From assembly GCF_006345805.1 (NCBI RefSeq), contig NW_021833454.1:9673-73672 (forward strand): a stretch of DNA of 64,000 nucleotides, in the 5' to 3' direction. The stretch is from Octopus sinensis (taxonomy: Eukaryota). Every line of letters begins with the position of its first letter. Within the stretch, counting starts at the first letter, position 1. Shown here one piece after another: positions 52,262 to 63,782 of the stretch. The notes under the pieces were generated by a model, which was given only the letters and a program-made list of their open reading frames with translations, was not told the origin of the DNA and did not search any database. Both the position numbers and the translations under genes were made by a program.

Positions 52262-52560
52262 AGCGAGTGAGGGTCGTTGCCTTGGCGAATGGGCGTTTCG
52301 CTCATAATCGCAAGGACGTGGTTTCGACTCCCTGACTGGATGGCAGCGTTGTGTTCTTGGGCAAGACACTTCTTTTCACGTTACTTAGCAATCACTTCGA
52401 CATCTGATTTGTAGTCGACCGTGCACCTGCACAGGTAATGTCGATCAAATGGAGGAGCCGAGCTAAGGTACAGAACAAACAATTGATCACAATAAACAAA
52501 CCGTCTGCGCAGGTTTTCGGCAAGAGTTTGAAGAACCCTCACCTGTCGTCAGCGATACGA
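52262..52560 (+). mobile_element. tRNA-derived SINE (other family)
   Basis: B-box-like GGTTTCGACTCC followed by GTGTTCTTGGGCAAGACACTT. Confidence 0.6.
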
Positions 52561-52604
52561 GAGTACACAAAACAGCGAGTGTACTGAGGGTATTGGGGTT
52601 ATTT

Positions 52605-52846
52605 ATTTATTTAGGGCTGCGAGCTGGCAGAAACGCTAGCACGCCGGGCGAAATGCGTAGCCGTATTTCGTCTGCCGTTACGTTCTGAGTTCAAATTCCG
52701 CCGAGGTCGACTTTGCCTTTCATCCTTTCGAGGTCGATAAATTAAGTACCAGTTACGCACTGGGGTCGATATAATCGACTTAATCCGTTTGCCTGTCCTT
52801 GTTTGTCCCCCTCTGTGTTTAGCCCCTTGTGGGTAGTAAAGAAATA
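52605..52846 (+). mobile_element. SINE family B' monomer with 16-bp TSD
   Basis: TSD GGTATTGGGGTTATTT at 52589-52604 and 52847-52862. Confidence 0.9.
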
Positions 52847-53027
52847 GGTATTGGGGTTATTTCTCTTGATTATTGTTTTTTAGATTTTAAGTATCGCTAA
52901 AATGAATATTTTTAAATTTCTAATTGCAGTGAGTTTGATATGCAGAACACTCACAAAGGTACTTTTCTCAGCCATACTGTGTGAGCAAGCGTGTGCGTGT
53001 GTGGTGTAACATAATACACATTTGTTG

Positions 53028-53081
<54 letters not shown>

Positions 53082-53174
53082 TATATATATACATATATGT
53101 AGTATATAATACATACATTGTGTATGTATGTTTTTATTTTTGTTTTTCTTTGATATTTGTTATTGGTCTTCTAT

Positions 53175-53420
53175 AATAATGAAGCTGTATCCCTTAATTT
53201 ATTGCTTTTGCATACAAATGCCGAGAAGAAATCTTGCGGAACATGCGTTGTTTTAATGAGATACATCTTGTAATCACCTGAGGAGACACATCTACACCGA
53301 CGGATACACCTACTCCAGATGTTCAGTACCCCACTCGTGAGAATTCGATGCTGGATGGGTCGAAACAATTGTAGTGATCAATAAACTTTCTCGTATCTTC
53401 CATCTTCCGTCTCACTCATT
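53175..53420 (+). ncRNA. PLE-LTR-like fragment with canonical-core type-I hammerhead and 61-nt loop II
   Basis: 53273-53378 reads ATCAC-CTGAGGA-GACACATC-(61 nt)-GATGGGTC-GAAA-C-AATT-G-T-A-GTGAT, followed by AATAAA. Predicted cleavage after A53373. Confidence 0.8.
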
Positions 53421-53655
53421 AATCAAATATAGATAGGGAGTAGGTAGGTAGGTAGATAGATAGACAGACAGACAGACAGATACAAACATACGTACATATT
53501 ATATATATACATTCATACATACATATATACGTATACAAGCTCATTCTTTACACATTTTGTATATGCCTAAAATCTATATAAGGCTGGAGTAAAGATAGAA
53601 CGACCGTTGTGCTAATGGCGCCTATTAAGGGAGCAACAGCTGTCCACAATCGTCC

Positions 53656-54110
53656 TTTTGACTTGACTTGAGACAGCATTCACCCGGGGTGGGTTGAGCT
53701 GGCTTCATTCATCCTCAATGCTGCATCTCTCACAAACGCCGACCAGACCTGGCGATTTGAGGCTAACGACCGCGTGATCTCCAACCACTCCTTATTCCAG
53801 CAGCGAAAGCCATAGATATGGGGGCCTAGGTTGGGTTCCAGATCAGCCTTGACTGTCATCAGCCAGGTTTTTCGTTGTCCACCACATCGTTTTCCTCCAA
53901 CCCTGAAGGGGAGCTGGGGCAATTGCTTCGTAGATGAATTCTCCTGGTTGACGACGGAGGGCATGACCCAACCAACGCAGACGTCTCGTTAGGATGACTT
54001 GTCGGAGGGAGGTGATTCTGCACTGGTGTCGCACCGAATTGTTGGAGACAAAGTGATGCCAGCGGACACGAAGGATGCGGCGTAGACAGAGGTGATGGAA
54101 GGATTCTAGT
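53656..54110 (-). mobile_element. RTE-clade LINE 3' fragment
   Basis: RRLRWLGHALRR..GGQRKTW..DLE..LASNRQVWSAFV, with a (CAAGT)n tail. Confidence 0.85.
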
Positions 54111-54859
54111 CACTTAATATCTTCCACCCTCATTGGCCATGACTCGCTGCCGTGTATCTTCGTCCTCGTGTCTCCCGAATTACACAATCTTTTTTAATGA
54201 TAAGTCATTTCTGAATAATACTTGATTCCTGATACAATTTTCCCCCCTCACCAGAGTCGGCTGGAATAATAAATCCATTGGGTATTTCTTTATCTTCTCC
54301 CAACGTGAAGATAATTTCAGTAAATTAACAAATTATCTTGTATGCCAACCATATTGCACTGTGATGAGGAAAACGTAACAAAAACAAGATGAGGCAACAA
54401 ATATTTATTAGATGAACTGATGGTGGGGGTGGAGGAGGGAGACATTCATTCTAAGCCAGAATGGTACTATGTTTTACGGATCCCAGAGGGATGAAAGAGT
54501 TACGATGACCTCGGCGTGAATTGAACTCAGAACGTAAGGAAGCGAAAGAAATACCGATTCACATTTTATCCGACGCGCTAACGATTCTTCCAGCTCGCCG
54601 ATTTAACACCACCACCACCAACAACAACAACAAAGCAAAAACAACGACGATGACAACAATAAAAACAAAAATAAGAAATGAAAAGGGCCGCTAATTTGAA
54701 TCCTACAGGAACCGGTTTCTTTATGCAGTCGGTTATTGTCCCTTTTTCCGTCTACTCTACCAACACGTTCCTCTTTTTAATTATTTGCGTGGACCAGTGC
54801 CCCTGTGTTGAGATTTTTGATGGAAATGGCTAAAGCTGGCAAAGCATTATGTACTGGAA

Positions 54860-55390
54860 TCATGTTAGACCTGAAGGCACATGGCTCAGTGTTTAGAGCT
54901 TCAGGCTCACAATCATGAGGTAGTGAGTTCAATTCCCAGACCAGGCCGTGTGTTGTGTACTTGAGCAAGACACTTTACTTCACGTTGCTCCAGTTCACTC
55001 AGCTCTAGAAATGAGTTGCAACCTTATTGGTGCCAGGCTGTATCGGCCTTTGCCTTTCCTTTGGATAACATGAATGGCATGGAGAGCGGAGGATGATTTG
55101 CATGGGCGATTGCTAGTCTTCCACAATAACAACCTTGCCTGGACTCGTGCCTCGTAGGGTAACTTTCTAAGTGCAATCCTATAGCGACCGAAGGGGGTCT
55201 TTATACTTTACCCTGCATGGCTCAGTGTTTAGAACACCGTATAACATCGGTGGCGTGGAGAAGAGAGGATGGTATGCGTGGGCGACTGCTGGTCTTCCAT
55301 AAACGTTACCCAGACTTGTGACTCAGAGGGTAACTTTCTAGGTGCAATCCCATGACCATTCATGACCGAAGAAGAGTGTCTTTATCCTTT
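54860..55390 (+). mobile_element. SINE family C plus a partial tandem second copy
   Basis: Homologous to 1166-1490. The tail GACCGAAG..GTCTTTA appears twice. Confidence 0.75.
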
Positions 55391-55719
55391 TATTAGATCT
55401 TGTCACATCTTCAGTCACTTTTAAACTCACTGATAACACAAATGGTCGACTCATATTTTAATCTGGACAAATATCTATATATTTATCGATAGTAACATCT
55501 ATTCCGAACTTTTAGATTATTTCCAATTTTATTTTGATAAAGTGACGCTTTCCCGAAATATCATACAAGCAACCTGTACTGGATGATACAATATCTTATC
55601 TTTGTTTTTATTTATTAGCCTCGCCTAACATATTTTGTCTTAGCTTCTCAATTTATTTACTTTAAAGCTCTTCGTTAAAATATTTCTCATGTTTCATTAA
55701 ATATATTTTTAACTTTTAC

Positions 55720-56120
55720 TTGTTTTATTGCACTTTTGGCGCACAAACTTGATGGGATTGGGTTTAGTTCAACAAATCGATCCTAGCACTTATTTTTAAA
55801 GCCTGCTACGTACTCTATCAGTTCTTTTGCCGAGCCGCTATACTGCGAAGACGTAAACAAAACAACACCGATTATCAAGCGGTGTGGGAGGGAAACACAA
55901 ATACATACAAGCACACACACACACACACACGCTTGTATAATACTTACGGGGACACACACACACACACACAAGACTGGCTTCCATACAGTTTCCGCCTACC
56001 ACATTCCATCACAGACTATTAGTCGTCCCGGGGCTATTGTAAAAGACACCTACCCAAGGGGCTACCCACTTAGAGTGAACCTAGAATCACGTGCTCGTAA
56101 AGTGACAATCTTAAACACAT
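55720..56120 (-). mobile_element. SINE family A, diverged
   Basis: Reverse-complement match to head, body and 3' half. Confidence 0.65.
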
Positions 56121-56686
56121 GGCCATATCTGCACCTATTTTTCTTTTATTTATTCCTTTATTTATTTTGCTAGAAAACGTATTTTAAAATATAATCATTG
56201 TACGTCGCTTATATTATATTTCTAGGACAAATCGTGACCTCCGCTAACATTCCATGAGATCTTCTTGACAAACTTCACAAGTACATTCTTATAAATATAA
56301 TAGATAGAACAGCCTTTTAATATTACGTGAACCAAATGCACTCTGGTTGCAGAAGAGAAAAAATAAGTCATGAAAAAGCGAAAGAAAATCTTCCTTGAAG
56401 AGAAAGCAATGTATATTATACACAACAACGAACCGCATGTAAGAATATATTACAAAAAGAAAAAGGAAAAAAGTAAAAAAGGTGGTGAGAAATGTAAGAC
56501 GACAAAAGAAGATTTGAAAGCTCTTTCATCAACACAAAACGACAAAAACTACAGGTTGAAGGAATGGACGTCACATGAACGATATTTAGTATAGAAAGTA
56601 AAGATGTGAAAGTATGAAACTTCACACACACAAACACACTTGTACTCACGAACATATATATACATATATATATTTATCTATCTATC

Positions 56687-56720
<34 letters not shown>

Positions 56721-56874
56721 TGTATGTATGTATGTATGTATGTATGTATGTATGTATGTATCATGCATGCATATATATGTATGTATGTGTGTATATATAC
56801 ATACATATATATACATGCATACACACCCACTCCTACGACTTATACATACTATGTATGTATGTATGTATGTATAA

Positions 56875-57046
56875 GTCGCAGGAGTGGGTGTGTGGTAAGT
56901 AGCTGGCTTACCAACCACACGCGTAGCACCTTGGGCAAGGTCTTTTACTCTAGCCTGGTCCGACCAAAGCCTTGTGAGTGGATTTGGTAGACAGAAACTG
57001 AAAGAAGCCCGTCGTGTTATATATATATAATATATATAATATATAT

Positions 57047-57109
<63 letters not shown>

Positions 57110-57335
57110 ATATGGGTGTGTGTGTTGGTGTGTCTGTGTTTGTCCAGCACCCACCACCATCGCTTGACAACCGATGTTGGTGTATTTACGTCCTCGTAAC
57201 TAAGCGGTTCGGCAAAAGATGCCGATAGAATAAGTACTAAGCTTACAAAGAATAAGTCCTGGGGTCATTTGTTCGACTAACGGCGGTGCTCCTGCATGGC
57301 CGTAGTAAAATGACTGAAACAAACGAATAAATAAG
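56875..57335 (+). mobile_element. SINE family A with (TA)n spacer
   Basis: Full structure present. Confidence 0.85.
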
Positions 57336-57369
57336 AGAATATATATATATATATATATTTTTACAGTCT

Positions 57370-57715
57370 TTTAATTCTTTCAGTCATATGATTGCGGCCA
57401 TGCTGGGGCACCATCTTGGAGGGTTTTATTCGAACAAATCGACACTAGGACTTTTTTAAAAAACGTGTTACTTATTCTATTGGTTCTCCTTTCTCAAACT
57501 GCTAAGTTACGGGGACGTAAACACACCAACACCGGTTGGTGGTGGGACAAACACAGTAGTGGTGGGGAACGAAGACATACATAATTATACACGCATAGAT
57601 ATATAGATATAAACATATATATACGACAGGCTTCTTTCAGTTTCCGTCCACCAAATCCACTCACAAGGCTTTGGTCGGCCCAAGGCTATAGTAGATGACA
57701 CTTGCCCAAGGTACC
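57370..57715 (-). mobile_element. SINE family A, 5'-truncated
   Basis: Tail to tail with the preceding copy. Confidence 0.75.
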
Positions 57716-57826
57716 ACATATATATGTATATCTATATGCATATCTATCTATCTAACTATCTATCTACGATATATATATATATATAATATATATTATATAT
57801 ATATATATATATATAATATATATATA

Positions 57827-59660
57827 CCAAAGCCTTCTACAAATTCGCGAAAGAGTCTGCCTCTGTGCACTACAAGAGAGGGCCATTGATTGAAGACGGT
57901 TCGCTAGCTGCAGACTCCGAGAGGATAGGTGAATTATTAAATAAGCAATTCCAGATTGTCTTCACCCCTCCGCTGGGAAACTGGCAAGTGGGCGTACCCA
58001 AAGAGTTCTTCAACACTCCAGACTTACATAGGAAAAAGGCAACCAACGATTACATCGACATAAAAGAGGAAAATGTAATATCGGCCAATGGTGAGGTGAG
58101 TTCAAACTCAGCAACGGGCTCAGATTGCTTTTTGTTTGGTCACTTAAAAACATGCAAGAAAGCGCTCGCAAAACCACAGCAGATACTTTTTCAGAATTTC
58201 CTTGCATGTGGAAAACTTCCCAAACTGTTAAAAGAGGCTATCAAATGCCCTGTCCATAAAGGAGGAAGCAGAGCAGATGCTAAAAATTACAGGGCCATCT
58301 CTATAACTATAGATGTTAGCAAGTTCATGGAACGCATTGTCAAAAGGCGGCTGATCACATTCCTGAAAGAGAATAACTTGCTTACAAACACACAACATGG
58401 TTTCCGCCGCCCAGGGTGGAGCTGCCTCACACAGCTACTACAACATTATGATCGGGTACTGAAAGAAAAACAGATCAACTACTCAAATGTGGATGTGATA
58501 TATCTTGACTTTGCCAAGGTCTTTGACAAAGTCGATCGTGGGATGACATGTCACAAAAAATACGCGACTTTGGTGTCAGTGGAAAACTGGGAGAGTGGTT
58601 GCACGACTTTTTAAAAGACAGAAGTCAGGTAGTTGCAGCGAAAGGTGTTCTCTCGAGGGAGGCATCAATCCGCAGCGGAGTTCCTCAGGGAGCTGTACTG
58701 GGACCACTACTGTTTGTAGTGGCTCTTTCAGACATACCGTCAGTCGTACAGTCAGCCATTCTCACCAGCTACGCTGATGATATAAAGGTATCTCAGGTGG
58801 TCAAGGACCTTGATGACATAGAAAAACTGCAAAATGACCCGCATGCATTATATAAATGTGCTGATAAAAATAACATGCAGTTCCATGCAAAGTTTCAAGC
58901 ACTCCACAATCGGCCTACTAACAGATTACAATCGGAATACATAGGACCAGGATGACCTGAGAATCTACACGATTAGTGATGCAACATTCCATGTACATAT
59001 TCCCAAGATGGCAACACTGTGCAGGCGAGTAGCTGGATGGACCTTTAGGTCATTCAGAACCAGAAGTAAGGATACCTTTGTCCTTAGTCGTCTGGAGTAT
59101 TGCTCCCAACTGTAGTTGTCACTGAGCGTCAAATTGGTGGCAGAACTTGAGGCAATCGAGCGCCACGACACAAAGAAGATTGACTCGGTGAAGCACATGG
59201 GTTACTGGGAGAGGCCACAAGAACTGAAGCTCTACACCTTGGAGAGAAGGTGAGAAAGGTATGCAGTGATATACATATGGAAGATCCTGGAAGGTCTAGC
59301 TCCCAACTTAGGAATGAAAAGCTATTCCAACCACCGAACTGGACGGCACTGTAAAATACCAAAGATATCGTCTTCTTCATCTCAGATAAAGACCCAGAAT
59401 TGCAACAGATTGGGCTTCAGGGGTCCACAACTGTTTAACATTCTGCCAAGGAACGTCGGAGATCTGCAAAGTGTAGATGTGGAAACGTTCAAAGAGCACA
59501 AATCTGAATTCCCAAATGAGCGCACATCGCGGAAGGGAGCACAACGAAGAGCAGCTTCGTCCAACTCGCTTCTTCACCAAAAGGTGAACCCCAAAATACT
59601 GAAAGGCGGTTCTTTAGCATGGGCCCTAGCCTCTGGCTGGAGCCACTAAAAGAATAAAAG
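57827..59660 (+). pseudogene. CR1-clade LINE ORF2 (reverse transcriptase), 5'-truncated and decayed
   Basis: PVHKGGSRADAKNYRAIS, TQHGFR, YLDFAKVFDKV, SGVPQGAVLGPLLF, YADD and IYIWKILEG. The tail is TAAAAGAATAAAAG. Frameshifts and stops are present. Confidence 0.92.
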
Positions 59661-59760
59661 AAAGCATACACACACACGTATATATATATATATATATATA
59701 GTATATATATTATATATATATATATATATAGATATATATATATATATATATATATATAAT

Positions 59761-60211
59761 AAATATTAGGGAATAAATCCAAATTTACAGGGAAAAAATC
59801 AGATTTAGGATTAAATCCAATTTTATAGTAAAATATTATATAATATTAATTAGAGACAAAACCACTATTTTGTAAAACAAACAAGGAAAGACTTAATCAA
59901 TACATAAAATTTTAATAAAAAGTTTAAAAAACCGCCACTACAATTGTTTCATGTCCTCAATGACAATCTTCAGGTGGATTTCCGATCTATATATAGATTA
60001 TATATAGATTATATATTTATATTTTTTTATTATTTTAAAATTATTTTAAAATCATATTTTAATGTATTGATATTTTAGATCGGAAATCCACCTGAAGATT
60101 GTCATTGAGGACATGAAACAATTGTAGTGGCGGTTTTTTACTTTTTATTAAAATTTATGATTGATTAAGTCTTTCCTTGTTTGTTTTACAAAATAGTGGT
60201 TTTGTCTCTAA

Positions 60212-60222
<11 letters not shown>
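59761..60222. ncRNA. Inverted pair of PLE-LTR-like arms, each with a minimal hammerhead
   Basis: Arms are ~59836-59989 and ~60076-60222. On the plus strand, 60088-60130 reads CCAC-CTGAAGA-T-TGTC-ATTGAG-GACA-T-GAAA-C-AATT-G-T-A-GTGG. The mirror copy is at 59935-59977. Confidence 0.85.
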
Positions 60223-60265
<43 letters not shown>

Positions 60266-60626
60266 TACCTGTATGTTGTATTCTTTTATACTTTTATACG
60301 CTTCAGCCTTAAGGCTTAAGTGTGTGTGTGTGTGTGTGGCGCTTCACGAAAGTGCGTTTAGCAATTAGTACCCTTCTATCGAGGTGTCAATGTCAACGAC
60401 CCAGTTTCAATTCACAACCGGATCTCTTTTGTATTCGCTTTCAAAAGCGCATTCTTCTTTTATATACGGTTTTTTTTTTCATGTTTTGTAAGAATACAAA
60501 ATGTACACAAACGCTCCTGTTCCCCACCCCACACAAACACTGATATGCATGCTTATTTTGTGCACAAAATACCGGTCTATACAATTTCTTGAATATTGTA
60601 TGTGGCATATATATATATATATGTAT

Positions 60627-60710
<84 letters not shown>

Positions 60711-60729
60711 TTGTCTAACCCTTATTATA

Positions 60730-60824
<95 letters not shown>

Positions 60825-61129
60825 AGATATATATATATATACAATACACACACCCACACAGCACACATATGACTGCGTATTTGTATAATGTCTGATCCTG
60901 CCTCAATTGAAAGAACTGGCCTTGGCTTACATTTGTCGTTGCCTCCAGCCGCACTTTACGTTAAACTTTTAAAGTACCTGTTGAATATGCGTCCATTTCC
61001 CTTGGAGTGCTCTGTTGACCAAAACGTCGAAATACTCATTTACAGACAACAGCAGAAGAGTCATGCGTATGTACATATGGGTGGGTACGCGTGTGTGTGT
61101 GTGTGTGTGTGTGTGCGGTAGATAGAGGT

Positions 61130-61605
61130 CAGCATAGCTGTGGAGTTAAGAAGCTTGCATGATAACCACATAGCTTTGGGTTCGATACCAGTGTATAACC
61201 TCTTGGGCGAGTTTCTTCCTACTATAGGCCTGGGACGACCAACGCCTTACGATTGAATCTAGTAGACGGAAACTGTAAAGAAGCCCGTCCTATATCTATA
61301 TGTGTGTATGTATGAGTAAGTGTTGTGAGATTATGCGCGCGTGTGTGTGAGATTGTGCGTGTCTGTGTGTGTTGTGTGTGTGTGTGAGAGTGTGAGTGTG
61401 CGAGTGTCTGTGTTGTGTTTGCCTCCCTCACCACCATCGCAAGACAAACAACGTTAGTTTGTTTACATCTCTGCAATCGAAAGAATAAGCACCAGGCTTT
61501 TTGAAAAAAAAGTACAGGTGTCCGTTTGTTCGACTAAATCATTCAAAGTGTTGCTCCAGCATGGCCACAGGGTGATGGCTGAAATAAGTAAAAGGATAAA
61601 AGATG
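61130..61605 (+). mobile_element. SINE family A, diverged
   Basis: Head, (GT)n spacer and tail are present. Confidence 0.7.
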
Positions 61606-61722
61606 CACCATATTTTATTGGCTTATAAAAATCTCCCTTTGTTTGAGTCGGGTTTTTCTTGGATCACCATAAGCTAGAAACACAAACTTTGGCTTTGTTA
61701 TTAAAGCTTGCAGAACATTTCA

Positions 61723-61759
<37 letters not shown>

Positions 61760-61901
61760 TGTTTGTGTGTGTGAAGGTATTTATGCATAATTTGTGTTAC
61801 CTTTCCGGAGCCCAAGGTTTCCTGCTGACGAAAATCAGTGTATGTTCAACCTGAATGCAAATTAGAAATGACACTCTGCAATTGTATGTGTGTGTGTGTG
61901 C

Positions 61902-61983
<82 letters not shown>

Positions 61984-61984
61984 A

Positions 61985-62137
61985 TATCTGTAAAAGTAAT
62001 ATGTGACAATTATTCGGTAGCCAAGATAAAACTCTGAGTTTCGGATGCCGAGGTGGAAATCCACGCCACCATCTCTTCAGTTATCCGGCCATCGGAAAAA
62101 CGCTATGAATAATTGTCACATATTACTTTTTCAGATA
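61985..62137 (-). ncRNA. Hammerhead (CUGAAGA core) bracketed by 31-bp inverted repeats
   Basis: Minus strand 62025-62085 reads GATAA-CTGAAGA-GATG..CATC-C-GAAA-CTCAGAG-T-T-TTATC. The IRs at 61985-62015 and 62107-62137 differ by one mismatch. Confidence 0.7.
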
Positions 62138-62248
62138 AATTCCTCTATTTACATAATATCGAGGTGTCTTTCTTTCTTTTGTTATCTTACCGTTTGTATT
62201 AGTATATAGAACATACATATAATATATCTATATATATATATATATATG

Positions 62249-62284
<36 letters not shown>

Positions 62285-62846
62285 ATATTATAAGTAAAAT
62301 TAATCGCCACATTCCTTGAGATTTTACAACTATATTATACATACACTGCGCGCACACACAAAGACACATATAATGCTATATTTTCTCAGCGTCAAATAAA
62401 TTTCATTATTTTAGAAGTTTCCATGTAGTGTAAACTTCCGATATACGAATTTAATCCAAGGTCTTTGAAATCGTTGCAAAAACTTATTGAACTGAGATTA
62501 TGATATTCTCTATGACTCTACGAAATATCGGTCAACATTACATCTACGTACGCGCATGTGTGTGTCTATGGGAATGAGGGTGGAACCCTTTGTGAGGATA
62601 TGGATGCGGTTTTGGGTGCAATATGTCACCTTTATCACATGGAACAAGCAAATGATAAGTGGCTTCCAAGAAAGACCTCCTGCCCGAGTTACCTCGCTTA
62701 TATATAGATTGACTGTAATAAAAATAGAGACACATACATGCAAAGAGAAATAAGCACATTATAAGCATACATGTATATACATGTATATACATATGTATAC
62801 GCAGGCAGTTAATCTTGTTTACGCTTCATAATCACGAACAAACGCG

Positions 62847-62895
<49 letters not shown>

Positions 62896-63025
62896 ATCTG
62901 TGTATAGATACCTACCTATCTATACACGGATAGATAGATAGATACGCCTGTGTATGTATATATATACATACATACATACATGCATACCTATATACACAAA
63001 CATATAAACCTATACCTATACATAT

Positions 63026-63056
<31 letters not shown>

Positions 63057-63059
63057 ATA

Positions 63060-63362
63060 TCACGTGATCACGTGACCGACCAGACCATCAGATGTTGCTA
63101 CACATCGCTGGTCGCATTGTTCGCATTGTTTTAGCCTTCGAATGACGCCACCCTGGTGGCTAAGCGAGCAGGCCAACAGAAGAAAGAGTGAGAGAAAGAG
63201 TGGTGAGTGGTGAAAGAGTACAGCAGGGATCACCCCCCCCCCCCTGCCGGACCCTCGTGGAACTTCTAGGTGTTTTCGCTCAATAAACACACACAACGCC
63301 CGGTCTGGGAATCGAAACCGCGATCCTACGACCGCGAGTCCGCTGCCCTAACCACTGGGCCA
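63060..63362 (-). mobile_element. tRNA-derived SINE (family D)
   Basis: The minus head GGCCCAGTGGTTAGGGCAGCGGACTCGCGG..GGTTTCGATTCCC carries A- and B-box-like motifs. A similar head lies at ~18295-18400. Confidence 0.75.
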
Positions 63363-63433
63363 TTATATATATATATATATATTATATGTTATATATATAT
63401 ATTTATAACCACTGGGCCATTATATATATATTT

Positions 63434-63464
<31 letters not shown>

Positions 63465-63782
63465 TACAGATAAATCCATACACATATATATAATGTATAT
63501 GATAATATACACACAAACGTGTACGTTTATAAATTTGTGTGTATATTATATGCACAAAGATTAATATGAATATATAGACGCATAATTTTATATGCATACT
63601 CACACACATGTATAAGTCGCGCTTCATTCAGTTTCCTTCTACCAAACTCACTTACAGGTCTTTGAGATTATAGTAGAAATTACTTGCCCAAGGTGCCACG
63701 CAGTGGAAGTGAACCGCGAACCATGTAGTTAGCAAGCGAGCTTCTTACTACGCACTCACCCTATGCCCTTGTGTGTGTGTAT

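Noticed and set aside
63300-63362. tRNA gene
   Set aside because: The tRNA-like head continues into a SINE body and lacks a complete acceptor stem. The same holds for other A/B-box hits.
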